Shown one piece after another: positions 40,801-54,400 of a DNA stretch of 64,000 nucleotides. The notes below the pieces were generated by a model. That model made no database searches. It was not told the origin of the DNA and was given only the letters and a program-made list of their open reading frames with translations. A program made the translations under genes and the position numbers. Origin of the DNA: Adineta vaga (Eukaryota; Animalia; Rotifera); the NCBI GenBank assembly GCA_021613535.1, contig CP075494.1, positions 1,922,001 through 1,986,000 of the forward strand. The letters run 5' to 3'. Positions within the stretch are counted from its first letter, which is position 1, and each line of letters begins with the position of its first letter.

Positions 40801-42225
40801 AGTTTCATCCGTTTCATTTTGTCCATTAATTAATCTTGGTAATAAATTAATATTTCTATCACAGATCATTTCAAATGGAATACGATGTTTTTTTGCTTGA
40901 CTATCATTATTACATAAATAATACATAAATTCACCATCATGTAGAAATCGATTATTCATATTTAATATTTGATTATCATTAGAACAATGAATTATAGGAT
41001 AATCATTATGAGATATGTAATTAATAGATTTCATATAAGATTTAAATTTATTATATATCAATTGTAAATAATCCAAATCAAAGAAACGAATTGAAGTCGA
41101 AGGAAATTTTGAAATAAAAATACGATAACATTTTCTATGATTAAAAAATACCATTTGATTATCAATAAAATATTTATCATAAAGTGAATTATTATAACAA
41201 ATATAAGGATCTTGAAAATTTGTAGAATTGAAATTAATTGAATCACTTTTTTCATAAGCAAAATAAATATTACCAAATAGAATTGGAATAATTGGTATAT
41301 TGAACATTGGTGGACATTCATCATTAATAATTTCAAGACATTCAGATCTTTCACAAAAATGATTACAAATTGAACGAAATTTATCGGGTATTGGAAGAAT
41401 ACATTTAAATGCTGACCAACAATCATCCGATACATATTCATCATTAATAGAAAATAGTTCTTCAAATAATTTCTCTTGACGTCCTAAAATACAAGAACTT
41501 GTTAAAGGTAAATCACGACATTTTGCATCTTCAATTAAAACACTTGGTAAAATTGATTTAACAGTATCATATTCTGACATAAGTTCATAGATTGGATCAT
41601 TGATTTCAATTTGTGAACAATATTCTTCATCAAATGAACCATCAAGACAATCAATTTTTCCATCACAAATTTCACTCCAATCTAAACAAGATGAACCACG
41701 ATAACATTGTAATGAAATATAACATGTTAAACTATGTAAAAAAGGTTTTGTATTTTGATAAAATGATTTCATAGAATTTATAATATCAATCATAGATTCT
41801 ATATCTTTCATTTCATATTGACACATTGAACCAAATCTTTCCTTTGTACAATTATAAAAGATTTCTTTTCCTTCTGATGATGGCAATAATTCATCTAGAT
41901 ATGATTGATAACGTTCAATAATATCAATGGGTGCAAACCAAGAATATAAATCATCACTTGTTATATTTCTTTTTGAAAGTTCAATAAAACTATAATTTGA
42001 ATTATAACCATTTGGTTGAATATGGAATTCGAATGATTGTTCATTAAGACAATAGGAAATTAATTCAAATGTTGAGATAGATGATATTTCTTCAACTATA
42101 GGAAGATTAAAACAATGATATTGTAATGTATTTATTTCATTTGTATTATATAAATATAAATCAGATAAAGCATTGATTGAATGCAAAAGAATCACATAAA
42201 ATAAATATGTTGAACAATAAAACAT
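37840..42225 (-). CDS. LDLa- and EGF-repeat-containing rhodopsin-like GPCR
   Basis: Signal peptide, LDLa motifs (CDGKIDCLDGSFDE, CFNGDDE, DCLDGSDE), EGF repeats, 7TM with VACERA; one phase-0 intron 40416-40318. Confidence 0.88.
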
Positions 42226-42628
42226 TCTGTTTTCAATAATAAAAATGAATAAAAATCATTATTTTAACATCAAGTTTAGATGAAAAATAGAAAATGCATA
42301 TTATTATTTGTTCCTATTTAAACGTTAGTAATGCATTTTCTAGATAAAAAATATCATACGCAATAAATTAACATATGTTCGAATGACGTTATGATAAAGC
42401 TATTCCGAGGTTCAGTGAGAAAAGAATATTTGAGTAACATTTGTTTTTTGTATATTGTGAAGAAAAAGAGAAAGAGATGAAAAACATTTGAACATATGTA
42501 GATTTAAATGAAACCATGTTTTTAATACCTACTTCCTTTTCTCCTTTCACTCAAATATATTCAGTTAATAGTTTAGTTTTCAAAACTCTTTGAAAAAGAA
42601 GAATCTAATAAAATTAATTTTAGAAATA

Positions 42629-45600
42629 ATGATTTTAATTGAGAACATCAAATTATATTTCATTTTATCAATTATTGGTCAATTATCAGGTCTTTCATTC
42701 AATCAACCAAAATTTTGCTCTGAAGCAATTTGGAATCAGAATGGTACTACTTTTATTGGAAAAAATATACTTAATTCATCAGCATCTTATGTATTTATTA
42801 CAGCCTATAATTCAATTTATGTTCTAAGTCAAGAACCATCTTTCATTTTTATCTGGTTAAACCATTCTATTTATCCAACTATGACGATATCAGACAACTT
42901 GAAAAGGCCACAATCAATTTTTGTTCAGAATGAGAATGAAATCTATATTGATAAAGGTGATTTCAATCGTAAAATCGAAAAATGGATATTAAATACAAAT
43001 ATTAGTATTCCTGTTATGGATGTTCCATCATCATGTTTTGGTTTGTTTATTGATATTAATAACAATCTATACTGTTCATTGAATGCTCATAATCAAATAG
43101 TCAAAACTTGGCTAGGTGATAATTTGTTAACGCCAGTTGTCGTAGCTGGAAATGGATCTCGTGGTTCGACATCGGATACTTTCAATGGTCCATGTGGAAT
43201 TTATGTTGATAGTAATTTTAATCTATATGTAGCTGATTCTGATAATGCTCGTATTCAATTATTTCGACGAGGACAATTATATGGAATTACAGTTGCAGGA
43301 AGTAAATCAATAAATATTACTGTTACTCTTAAACAGCCGACTGGAATCATTCTTGATCACGACGGTTATTTATATATTGTTGATCGTAGTGGTAGGCGCA
43401 TTATTCGAGGAGGAGCAAATGGTTATCGATGTATACTTGGATGTCTTGTTGCTAATACAGATTTAAACGGAATACTGTCAACAGATTATTTAGCTTTTGA
43501 TAGTTATGGAAATATTTATGTTAGTGATACAATTAATGGTCGAATTCAAAAATTTGCTTATCTCAAAAAATCATGTGGTAAGTGTCAAAGCATGAGAAAT
43601 GATCATTTACCAATATTTTGTATTTTTAGATCGAATTACTGCAAATATTTCTTCAAACACAACATTACGAAGTATGTAAAGTTTGTGTAGAACCATCTTG
43701 AGGGTGTGGGTGTGGGCGAAGAAGATATACCCATATCAACACCCTCAAGATCATGGTGTATATCTTGTGCTCATCGTTTGCACCAACTCAATTTTATTTC
43801 TTTTAGATCTTTCATTCAATCAACCAAAATTTTGTCCAACGGCAGCATGGACCTCATTTGGAGTTACTTTTTCAGAAATAAATCAATCACCATCTTATAT
43901 ATTTATTACAGCTAATAATTCAGTTTACCTTCTGAGTGAAGCATCATCGCTCCTTTACATTTGGTTGAATCAGTCTGCTAAACCAACAATAAGAATATCA
44001 GACAACTTGAGAAGCCCACAATCAATTTTTGTTCAGAATGAGAATGAAATCTATATTGATAAAGGTGATTTTAATCGTAAAATCGAAAAATGGATATTAA
44101 ATACAAATATTAGTATTCCTGTTATGGATGTTCCATCCTCATGTTATGGTCTTTTCATTGATATTAATAACAATTTATATTGTTCATTGAATGCTCATAA
44201 TCAAATAGTCAAAACTTGGCTAGGTGATAATTTGTTAACGCCAGTTGTCGTAGCTGGAAGTGGATCTCGTGGTTCGACATCGGATACTTTCAATGGTCCA
44301 TGTGGAATTTATGTTGATAGTAATTTTAATCTATATGTAGCTGATTCTGTTAATGCTCGTATTCAATTATTTCGACGAGGACAATTATATGGAATTACAG
44401 TTGCTGGAAGTAAATCAATAAATTTTACAACTATTCTCGAACATCCAATGGGTATTATTCTCGATCAGGATGGCTATTTATATATTTCTGATCAAGGTGA
44501 TTATCATACTCGTATTGTTCGAGGAGGACCAAATGGTTATCGATGTATAATTGGATGTCTCGATATTGGTCCAGATTCTAACAAATTAGGTGGACCAGGT
44601 CTAATGGCTTTTGATAGTTATGGAAACATTTACGTTACTGATACGAGTTATGTGAGGATTCAAAAATTTATTTTTTCAAAAGCTTCATGTGATCGTAAGT
44701 GTTAAATCATGAGAAATGAACAATATACTAATACATTGTATTTTAAGATCAAATTACTACAAATATTTCTTCAGTTACAATATCACGAAGTATGTATAGT
44801 TTTTATATAATTATCTTCCAAAATATTTTACGGATGAACGAACAGGTTCGATGACTAGGTAGTGACCGTTTATATTCTCGATTTGCTCGTATTCATTACA
44901 CATCGATAAGATAGATATGTGTATGCAACAACCTTGAGAAACGTTTTTTTAGATCTTTCATACAATCAACCAAAATTCTGTCCAGCCGCAACTTGGAATT
45001 CCTATGGAATTACTTTTGCCGACAAAAATATTCTTAATGGAACTCCATATTTTATGTTTATAACAACCAATAATTCCATCTATGTTGTTAATCCATCAGT
45101 ATCTCGAATTTACATTTGGTTAAACGATTCTATAACACCAACTACAACAATATCAGACAACTTATCATCTCCCAGATCAGTTTTTGTACAAAATGAGAAT
45201 GAAATCTATATTGATAAAGGTAACCGTAATTATCTAGTGGTAAAATGGATATTAAATAAAAATATTAGTGTTCCTATTATGAATACTTATGGATCATGTT
45301 ATGGTCTTTTCATTGATATTAATAAAAATTTATACTGCTCAATATACAAACATCATATGGTTGTGAAAAATTGGTTAGATGATGATGATACAAGATTGAT
45401 TACTGTAGCTGGAAATGGATCTCAAGGTTCGACTTTGGACGCATTGAATTCTCCATGTGGAATTTTTGTTGATATTAATTTGAATTTATATGTAGCTGAT
45501 TCTTTAAACCATCGTATTCAAATGTTTTCACGAGGACATTTGCATGGCATAACAATTGCTGGAAGTACATCAGTTAATACTACTATAGGTCTTAATCATC

Positions 45601-46032
45601 CAAGTGGAATTGCTTTCGACGGCGATGATTATTTATATATCGTTGATAGTTATAATAATCGTATTGTTCGAGGAAAATCAAATAACTTTCGTTGTATACT
45701 TGGATGTGTTTCTCCTGGTTCAGAATTGCACAAATTCAAGAGACCAAGTCATATGACTTTTGATAGTTATGGAAATATTTATGTTGTTGATACAGACAAT
45801 TATCGAATACAAAAATTTACTTATTTAAAAAAATCATGTGGTATGTAGGGTAGAACTGTAAAAGTAGAAAAAATTTACATGATAATCTTTAAAATAAGAG
45901 TTTGTATTTAGTTTTTATTCTCTTTAAGAATCCTTCATCATGACAACAACTACACCTGTATTATCACGTTCAACGAAGATTCTAGTTGGATATTCAACGC
46001 TGTGTTTAATGCTTTTCATACTTTATATGTAA
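42629..46032 (+). CDS. Triple-NHL beta-propeller surface protein, probably GPI-anchored
   Basis: Signal peptide MILIENIKLYFILSIIGQLSG; exons 42629-43577, 43630-43671, 43807-44694, 44748-44789, 44953-45840, 45929-46032; ends ...SRSTKILVGYSTLCLMLFILYM* (hydrophobic tail, no cytoplasmic domain). Confidence 0.85.
43695..43751. repeat. Telomere-repeat-armed hairpin element (intronic)
   Basis: ATCTTGAGGGTGTGGGTGTGGG-CGAAGAAGATATA-CCCATATCAACACCCTCAAGAT. Confidence 0.85.
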
Positions 46033-46115
46033 AAATCTTGATCAAAATAACATTAATTTCGTTTTTTTACATATGCTTTTCTGATGCTTTCTATTTATTG
46101 AACTTCTTTTAGAAG

Positions 46116-46180
46116 ATCTTGAGGGTGTGGGTATGGATGGATGCAAGTCAGTATCACTATCCACCTACATCCACACCCTT
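46116..46180. repeat. Telomere-repeat-armed hairpin element
   Basis: ATCTTGAGGGTGTGGGTATGGATGG ... CCACCTACATCCACACCCTT. Confidence 0.8.
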
Positions 46181-46310
46181 ATAATAAAATTATCTTGTTA
46201 CTAATTCAACAGTAATAATAATAATATTAAAATATCAAAAGGAAAAAAAGATCGATAATTCTGAATATAAATTGGATTTTATAATAATAATAAAAATAGT
46301 TCAAAACATT

Positions 46311-46649
46311 TACATTCCTCTGATTCGATCTTATAAGATCAAATATCACAGATCTATCATAGTTTAATTTCTAATGTAATGCAAAGTTATCTTCAAAAAC
46401 AACAATCGGTTAGAAAAGAAAAGAAATGAAAAAAAACTTGAAAGAACGTCGCTGATGATTATTCATTCTTCTCTTATCCGTACGTGCAGATATGTATGCA
46501 TCGTTTTCTTCTGTCTCTGCGTTTCCTTCATTATTAGTCATACGTACATAACTACACTCGCTATGATGCAATTTTTTACGAGCTTAAATTTAGTATAAAT
46601 AACTTCGCGAAATCATTTGATCTTATAAGATCGAATCAAAGAAAATACA
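46311..46649. mobile_element. MITE with ~30-bp TIRs containing the palindrome GATCTTATAAGATC
   Basis: TGATTCGATCTTATAAGATCAAAT ... ATTTGATCTTATAAGATCGAATCA. Confidence 0.7.
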
Positions 46650-46825
46650 AAGTTTTTACATCATCCTATAGAAAAAATGTATCTATATTTTTATTTGATT
46701 ACAATTGTGGATTTTTTTCAATACAGGTATTACAAAGCAATTTCTTTTCTGGTATCGTTATAGATGTTTCTATTCAGTTCATTTAACACTTGAGCAACAT
46801 ATCAATACAATACAAACTTGAATCA

Positions 46826-47080
46826 ATGTCAGCCGATAACACAATATTTACTTTTTTTTCGTTTGCTTTAATAATTGGTTTGAGCATATGTTGTTATTGT
46901 TATCGTTACTATCGACGAACGCAAGCAGAAGAACGATTTCTTCGTCGGGTTGAGATGGCTGCAGCTCAAGGTCAACCACGTATCATCTATCATGTACAAC
47001 CAATTTCTGTACCACTTTTACAAGAGTCAGCACCTCCAACTTACGAACAAATAGTTTTTGCTCAACAAAATACAGTATAA
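46826..47080 (+). CDS. Small single-TM protein with juxtamembrane Cys cluster and PPxY motif (WBP1/VOPP1-like architecture)
   Basis: MSADNTIFTFFSFALIIGLSICCYCYRYYRR...APPTYEQ. Confidence 0.7.
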   Translation: MSADNTIFTFFSFALIIGLSICCYCYRYYRRTQAEERFLRRVEMAAAQGQPRIIYHVQPISVPLLQESAPPTYEQIVFAQQNTV

Positions 47081-47418
47081 AATAAATTACTGGTTCTTTG
47101 TTATATAATAACAAATAACGATGATGTATTTCAATAAAAGCTGAAGATGAACAACTTTTATTCTATAATCTGTTTAACTTAAAAGTGTAGATTATATATT
47201 AATATTTACTGTCATGCTCATCTTACTCTTAATAAAAAAAAATGGCTAGGAAATTGTAGTTGAACTACGTGATTAAACTACGTATAGTTTTTTTTCGGAA
47301 ATGTGATTACGAGATTTTGAAGTGTATAGACAGTGACGATGTTAGTACTAAAATAATCCTTCATTACATAGATAGGTGAAGGTGATTTTCACATCAATTA
47401 AGTGAATTTTTTAGGAAA

Positions 47419-47474
47419 GGTGTGGGTGGGTGTGGGTATTATCTGGTAATCTGTACCCACACCCACACCCTCAA
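47419..47474. repeat. Telomere-repeat-armed hairpin overlapping the end of ORF 47439-48128
   Basis: GGTGTGGGTGGGTGTGGGTA ... TACCCACACCCACACCCTCAA. Confidence 0.85.
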
Positions 47475-48700
47475 TTTCTGACCGGTATACATTGTTCGAC
47501 AATTAGAAGGTAATAATCTAGAATTGATCAATCTGTTTAAATATTCGAAGAACATATCACTTGTAGGTGTTAAACTTATTAAGATTAGATCATCAGTATT
47601 TTTATCCAGAACAGATCGCAATATTGATTCCATATCTTCCATTTCGATATTCATAACAAGATGTTGTAAATGAGGAAATAGCATGAGAAATATTTCGAGT
47701 TTTTCAAATGTACATTTCTCTCGAAAAGCGACAGTTGTAATGGAGTTTATTTTCAGTATTGACTGAAATTTTTTGTTTTGTTCCATGAATGCTTTAGTCT
47801 CTTTAAAAAGTGGCATTGTTTGAAATGTTAATGTATGAAGATTAGATATAAAAAATAATAATTCGATCATTTTCAAAAAAGGAAAATGATGACTTTCTAT
47901 TACTAGAACTTTTAATTGTTGTAAAGGTAAAATACGACTAAGATCACTTGCAATTGATCTATATGTCTGAATTGAAAAACCATCTAATAGTGTAAGTTGA
48001 TTGACATTTGGAAAATAATGCACACATTGATCTATTGCCTCTTCATTCGATTGTTCGTGTAGTTCATAATCTTCTTTCCTAACAAAAAGTAGAATAGATT
48101 TTTGTAATCCTTGTAAAAATATCATCAATAAAATATCTACCTATATGGATTTATAGTAAACAAAATTCTTCGCTCTAGCAATCGTCTTTTTTTTACCAAA
48201 TCGAGAATGAAAAAACCATTGTCGTTGAATCCAAAAGGAAGATTGAAATAATTTAACTTGTTCTTTATATGCTGCTTTTTCAGTATCATTAAATAGATCG
48301 ATTTCAAACAAAACATCAAATATACGCAATTTCAGTAAAAACGTTGATATGAGTTCTTTCCATTCATTCGCAACTATAGGTCTTATCTGTCCAGATATAT
48401 GTAAAAGTTCAACGAAAGGAAAATGATTGATAAGGATAACTCTCAATGTTGTGAATGTCACACCATAATTACAATTTGATAGAAAGATGTGTTAAATTAT
48501 TCAAAACATAGTTATAGGCACATCTGTTATTGTATTTTAATAATCTTGTGATAAATGTAAAGAGAAATAGCGTAGTTGAGGAACATATGAAAGGAAATTA
48601 TTTAATTTGCTATGTTTTATTTTACTATCAACAATAAGATGTTCGATAGAACTTTGTTCATTCAAAGGACATGGTGATATGTTTGAATATTAAAATTTAT
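47439..48700 (-). pseudogene. F-box/LRR-family gene remnant (C-terminal LRR part), disrupted upstream
   Basis: WKELISTFLLKLRIF, FQSSFWIQRQWFF, YFPNVNQLTL, LxxL repeats; frame breaks upstream; no F-box seen. Confidence 0.6.
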
Positions 48701-49034
48701 TTGGAGTTTAACTACAACAACATCTCAGAACAGTAAAATTGATTGTATATGGTAGCATAAAAGAATGACGGAATCAAAGTAATTTAAATAAACGATATAT
48801 AGAGAATGTTTTTAAAGACAACAATTTAGGATGCTTAAATAAAGGTTTTGATGAAAGCGGATAGGAAAAGAGGATTTTCTTGAATGAATGATGAAGAGAT
48901 TTAATGAGATGAAATTTAAAACGACACGAAAACTCAATCAAATACTGTCGAGAATGTCCTTGATTTTTGGTCCTTGAAAAAAAGTCTCATATAAAATGTA
49001 CTCTAAACGAAATGTCATTTGGAGAAAGTTCTTC

Positions 49035-49088
49035 GAGTGAGAGTGTGGGTGTAAAAAATAAAATTTAACACCACACTCAAATCCTCAA
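49035..49088. repeat. Degenerate telomere-repeat-armed hairpin
   Basis: GAGTGAGAGTGTGGGTGT ... ACACCACACTCAAATCCTCAA. Confidence 0.6.
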
Positions 49089-49197
49089 CGTTGATATAAA
49101 ACTGTATAAATACATTGACAATAAATAGAAAAATGTTGTTTAGTTTTGTTCTTCTACACAAGTGCTTTTTATTGTACTTGAGGTTTGCCAAGACGAA

Positions 49198-50150
49198 TCA
49201 TTCTTGGTTGCATTTCCAAACTAGCATAGGTACTGTTCGACAATATAGCATTTTCTTCATTTTCAAGCCCAATTCTGATATGGAAAACAAACACACGTAA
49301 GGAAATATTAACGGAACAAAATATATGAAAAAGCCAAGCCGTTGCAATAACATGAATATGAGAGGTGTCCTAGCTACTAAAATCCATATATAAGCAATTG
49401 CAAATGGTAGATTAAGTAAAAGATAGAGACATGCAATAGAAACAAGTTGAAAGATCATTAGTCGATATTTTCGCCAATTTAATGATTGTCGAAGACGAGA
49501 TTTTGATCGATAAACCCGAAATAAAAGTGAACCATTGGATAGCAATATACATATCGTTGGAAATACGACATGAATACTTGTTTGCCACATACCCAGTAAT
49601 GGATCAGTTGACTGACAACCATAATAAAATATATTATGAGCAAAATCCACTTGATTTTCACATGGATAGATAAAACTGCTATAAATATAAAATATGAAAA
49701 TATAAATGGTGATAAGAACCGGTGGTATATAATGAAAAAAAAATTTTTTCCATTTTATATTGTATAGATGAAAATGAAAAATGAGAAGATGTCGTTCAAA
49801 TGATGCCTATATGCAACTAAAAGATTCATCACACAAAAAGACATAGTCTCAAAAAACGACCTAATTTTACAAAGTACTAGAGACCAATGAGTAATTGGTT
49901 TTGGCCTATGCGAATCCAATACTATTGGAATCAAAATAGAGGTGATGATAAAAAAGGAATAAAATAATGTAAATAAAATAACATAATTATTTGATGCCGA
50001 ACGAAGATTTTTATTGAAAAGAATAAGAATAAAAATGATTAGATGTATGACAATAGATGGAATAACAAAGGTTATTAATAGTATAAATGATAGATTCTTG
50101 GAAATAAATGTAAACGGACCATGCGTTTCATCTTCTTCAGCCACATTCAT
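49198..50150 (-). pseudogene. Orphan class A GPCR, frameshifted
   Basis: TM1-3 in ORF 49755-50150, TM5-7 in ORF 49198-49650, connecting region out of frame. Confidence 0.7.
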
Positions 50151-50439
50151 TTTTCAAATTTCGCTTTCAAGGTAGGAAAATGATAAACGCAGAAGGATAA
50201 CGGAATGACAATAGTTTTTAGCTAAATGACATGTAGAGAAAATTTTTGAAAATATTAATTAAGGATTAGTTGATGTTTCAAATCATAACGTATGAATAAA
50301 TTTGTGATGAAAGCGTAGGTGAAAATAGTATTTCCATAAATGAACGAAGGACATCCTAGCAACAAAAAGATGTCTAAAAAAGCATGAAAACAAATTCTTT
50401 GATCTCGATTATGTTTGTTAACCTTGTGAGATAAATGGA

Positions 50440-50483
50440 TGAGGGTGTGAGGTAAGTGTTCATATCTTTCTTTCATCCACACG
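50440..50483. repeat. Degenerate telomere-repeat-armed hairpin
   Basis: TGAGGGTGTGAGG ... CATCCACACG. Confidence 0.45.
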
Positions 50484-51440
50484 CTTATTCCGAAAAGGAA
50501 TAGTTTTGAATAATCATAGTAAGATATTCCTCTCATATCTTTTACCTTGCAGAACATTTTTCTTCTGAATTTTATCCTTGTCATTTGTTGGATTTTTCTC
50601 AGCAAATATCTTACGACATCCTACGTATATATACATCACATTCTAATGTGTCATCAGAAATATAATTTCTAAAATAATATATTATAGAATAATTCTTCTT
50701 ATCTCTACTATGATTCACATTCAATTTCAAATTTGAATCGATTTTGATAATTATATTGTACATGATCATGTTCAATTAGATACTGTTCGTTTCAATCAAA
50801 ACCAATAATGAAATACCTCATAATCTTGATGAAAAACGTGTTCTTGATGCTTATCAATTAAATATAGAAAAAAATCATATATAAAACAACATTCCTTCCA
50901 TTTAAAATTAGTACCAAATCTAATTCATCAATTATCGATATTAAACAAATTCTAAAGGACATGATTTCTATTTCTATTTTGATTTTTAATACAACATCAT
51001 CTAATCAATCAAAAGCATTACAATAAACCTTCAATGAATGCGACTGTTCATAGATTTTCTGTTCGAACTTTTTTCTCAAGATGTCCCGTTACAATCAAGA
51101 ATCATTCGAATAAAAAGACAAACTGACTGAATTCGTTCCTAAACAACAATAACTGTCGACTAATTTCATTAATTAACAGTTTTTTTTTTAAATTATAATT
51201 TCTCGCATTTTTTACTGATGAATAAAATATATAAAAACAGATGCTAGTTAGTTTTTGCTGCCAACACCTATGGAATCTTCTTCTTCTTCTTCTTTGCTTT
51301 TTGAATGCATTATTTGTTCCATATGTTTCAATATATATAAATCATATAGATATAAAAGTGATAGATAATAATGGTAAATGCATTAATGCAATTCTCAAGA
51401 TTAAGTTATATGAAATGTTTTAGTAATGATTAATTTTCAG

Positions 51441-54400
51441 AAAATTCGAAATTTACCAAGTCATTTAATCGAACTAATAAAAAATTATAATCTTTTTCAA
51501 TCAAATCCACCATCAACAGATGAACATGATCTTCGAAATCAACGAATTTCAACAAGATTATTTCTCATCCTTTTAACTTTTTCATTGATTATTCTTCTTA
51601 TCTACAATGCATTGATTACTATTACAAAAACCGATATTAAAAGAAATCCAACATATACTGAATATCGACGTTTACATTCATTGTATTCAAATACATTAAC
51701 ATGTCCATGTAAACATATTTCCATCGATTATAAAGAAATTCTTCAAGTTAATTACACATTACATGAAATATGTTCATCAGATTTTGTAACACAAAAATGG
51801 TTTCAATATCTTATTGAATCTTATGATAAAAATAATATACATTTATATGATTTTCGATGGACAGGTTCATTCACATTTCAAGCATTAAATGCATTGTGTG
51901 AATTAATAAATGAAATAATCATGGATAGTTTTTTACAACTTCAGTCAAAACGGTATATTAGTACAGCAATTATATCATTGGATACATTTGAAAAAGAATT
52001 ACAACTGTTTACTAATCTATTTCGATCGACAATAACAACGAATTTCCTTGATTTATTTAAGATGATTCGAAGTATAATTTCAATAAATGCATTTTATTCG
52101 GAAAGAGATACAAATTATCAAATTGAAATAGATTTTTTTGCGCTAACTGTAACGCTTAGCGAAACCGTTTATGGTAAATGCAATTGTAAACTTTCATCGA
52201 AATGTTTATATCCAACTTCGTTCTATAAATATCCTGCTACTAGACCATTATTTACAATCAAAGGTCTTTATCAAGGCTGTTATATCGTTGAGGCACTTAT
52301 GGAATCGACTCTCGAATGTTTTTATAATCAAACTTGTCTTAGTAAAGTTCAATCATACATAAACTCTTCATTAACAATGAATTTAACAGTTCTTCAAATA
52401 TCAAATCAAAGCCATTACCAAGTTAATTCAACTATCAAACAACTTCTCAATAATCTTTTGATTAACAAATGGGAATCATCTTATAAACATCAGAATTATT
52501 ATAATCAGTGTCAACCTATTGAATGTATTTATAGTTATAAAACCAGAAATAACAAAATTTATATTATCACTGCAACAGCTGGACTCATTGGTGGTTTATT
52601 AACTGTATTGAAAATTGTTGTACTAATTTTAGTTAAATTTATACGAAGAAAAAAACAGCTAAAAAAGTCCACGAATGGTGAGAAAAATCAAGATAAAAAC
52701 GACTTTTCTAACTATACCTTTTTATTCAGATATACAAGAGAAGCGATCATGTTCTCATTTGATAAGAAAACTAATCGAACTAATAAAAAATTATAATCTT
52801 TTTCAATCAAATCCACCATCAACAGATGAACATGATCTTCGAAATCAACGAATTTCAACAAGATTATTTCTCATCCTTTTAACTTTTTCATTGATTATTC
52901 TTCTTATCTACAATGCATTGATTACTATTACAAAAACCGATATTAAAAGAAATCCAACATATACTGAATATCGACGTTTACATTCATTGTATTCAAATAC
53001 ATTAACATGTCCATGTAAACATATTTCCATCGATTATAAAGAAATTCTTCAAGTTAATTACACATTACATGAAATATGTTCATCAGATTTTATAACACAA
53101 AAATGGTTTCAATATCTTATTGATTCTTATTATTTACAAAAAACGGATCGCGATTTTTTAAAAGTTGTTTTATCACCATTCAAAACAATGCATTCTCTAT
53201 GTGAGTTAATAAATGAAACAATTCTAAATAATTATGCTCAGTTTCAATCAATTCAATACATTAGCACATTAGTAACATCAAGAGACACATTTGAAACACA
53301 ATTACAAATCTTTATAAATGAATTTCGATCGGCAACGACAACTAATTTTAATCGTTCATTAAATCTTATGAAAAGTATAACTGATATAAATGTTTTATAT
53401 TCTATACAAAGTGAGGCATACTATTTGACGAAGTCATTTGCCGATGATAAAATCAGTTCGGGACCAATGGTTTTTTACCCTTCTTATTCGTGTGCTAAAT
53501 CATCAAAATATGTCAAACCAATAAGTTTTAGACATGATGGATTAATTCCCATTCCTGGTTTATATCAAGGATGCGATGTAATCGAAGCATTATTGAAATC
53601 TACTCTTGAATGTTTGTATAATCAAACATGTTCTCATCAATTTTTCTTTCGACATGGAAATAAAAATTCATTAAAAATAAGAATTCTTAATTCAACGAAT
53701 ACAAAATATCGAATTAATTCAACAATGAAAGAACTTATCGATGAATTAATGATTCAAACATGGACATCAACTATAAAACATGAAAATTATTATAATTATT
53801 GTCAACCGATCGAATGCATTTATAGTTATCAAAGTAAAAATGAGAAACTTTATGTTGTTACAGCATCATTTGGACTTATCGGTGGTTTAATAACTGTATT
53901 TAAATTTGTTATACCAATTGTAGTTCGATTTCTTCGAAAAAAACTACGAAAACAAATTGAAACTACTGGTAAGAAGAAAATTATATATTATATTTTACTT
54001 ATTTATATTTCAGAAACCAATATAATTCAATTGAAATCTTCATTATTACAAAGATTATTTCATTTTCTCATAACTTTCAATTTATTTCCATCAATTCCAC
54101 CATCTACCAATCAAATTCATCTTGAAGATCAACGAACTTCAACAAGATTATTTCTTGCATTATTAATTTTCTCTTTAGTTATTCTTTCTATATACAATGT
54201 TTTAATCATAACTGCTCAACCGGTTTCAATCAAAACACCAACATATACTGAATATCAACGTTTATATTCATTGTATTCAAATACATTAACATGTCCATGT
54301 AAACATATTTCAATTGATTACAAAGAAATCCTTCAAATTGATTATACATTACATCAACTATGTTCATCACATTTTATTAAACAATATTGGATTGATCATC

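Noticed and set aside
22438-47150. Other CTGANGA occurrences (e.g. ~22439, 33091, 46452, 47141) as hammerheads
   Set aside because: No stem II followed by GAAA and a cleavage triplet
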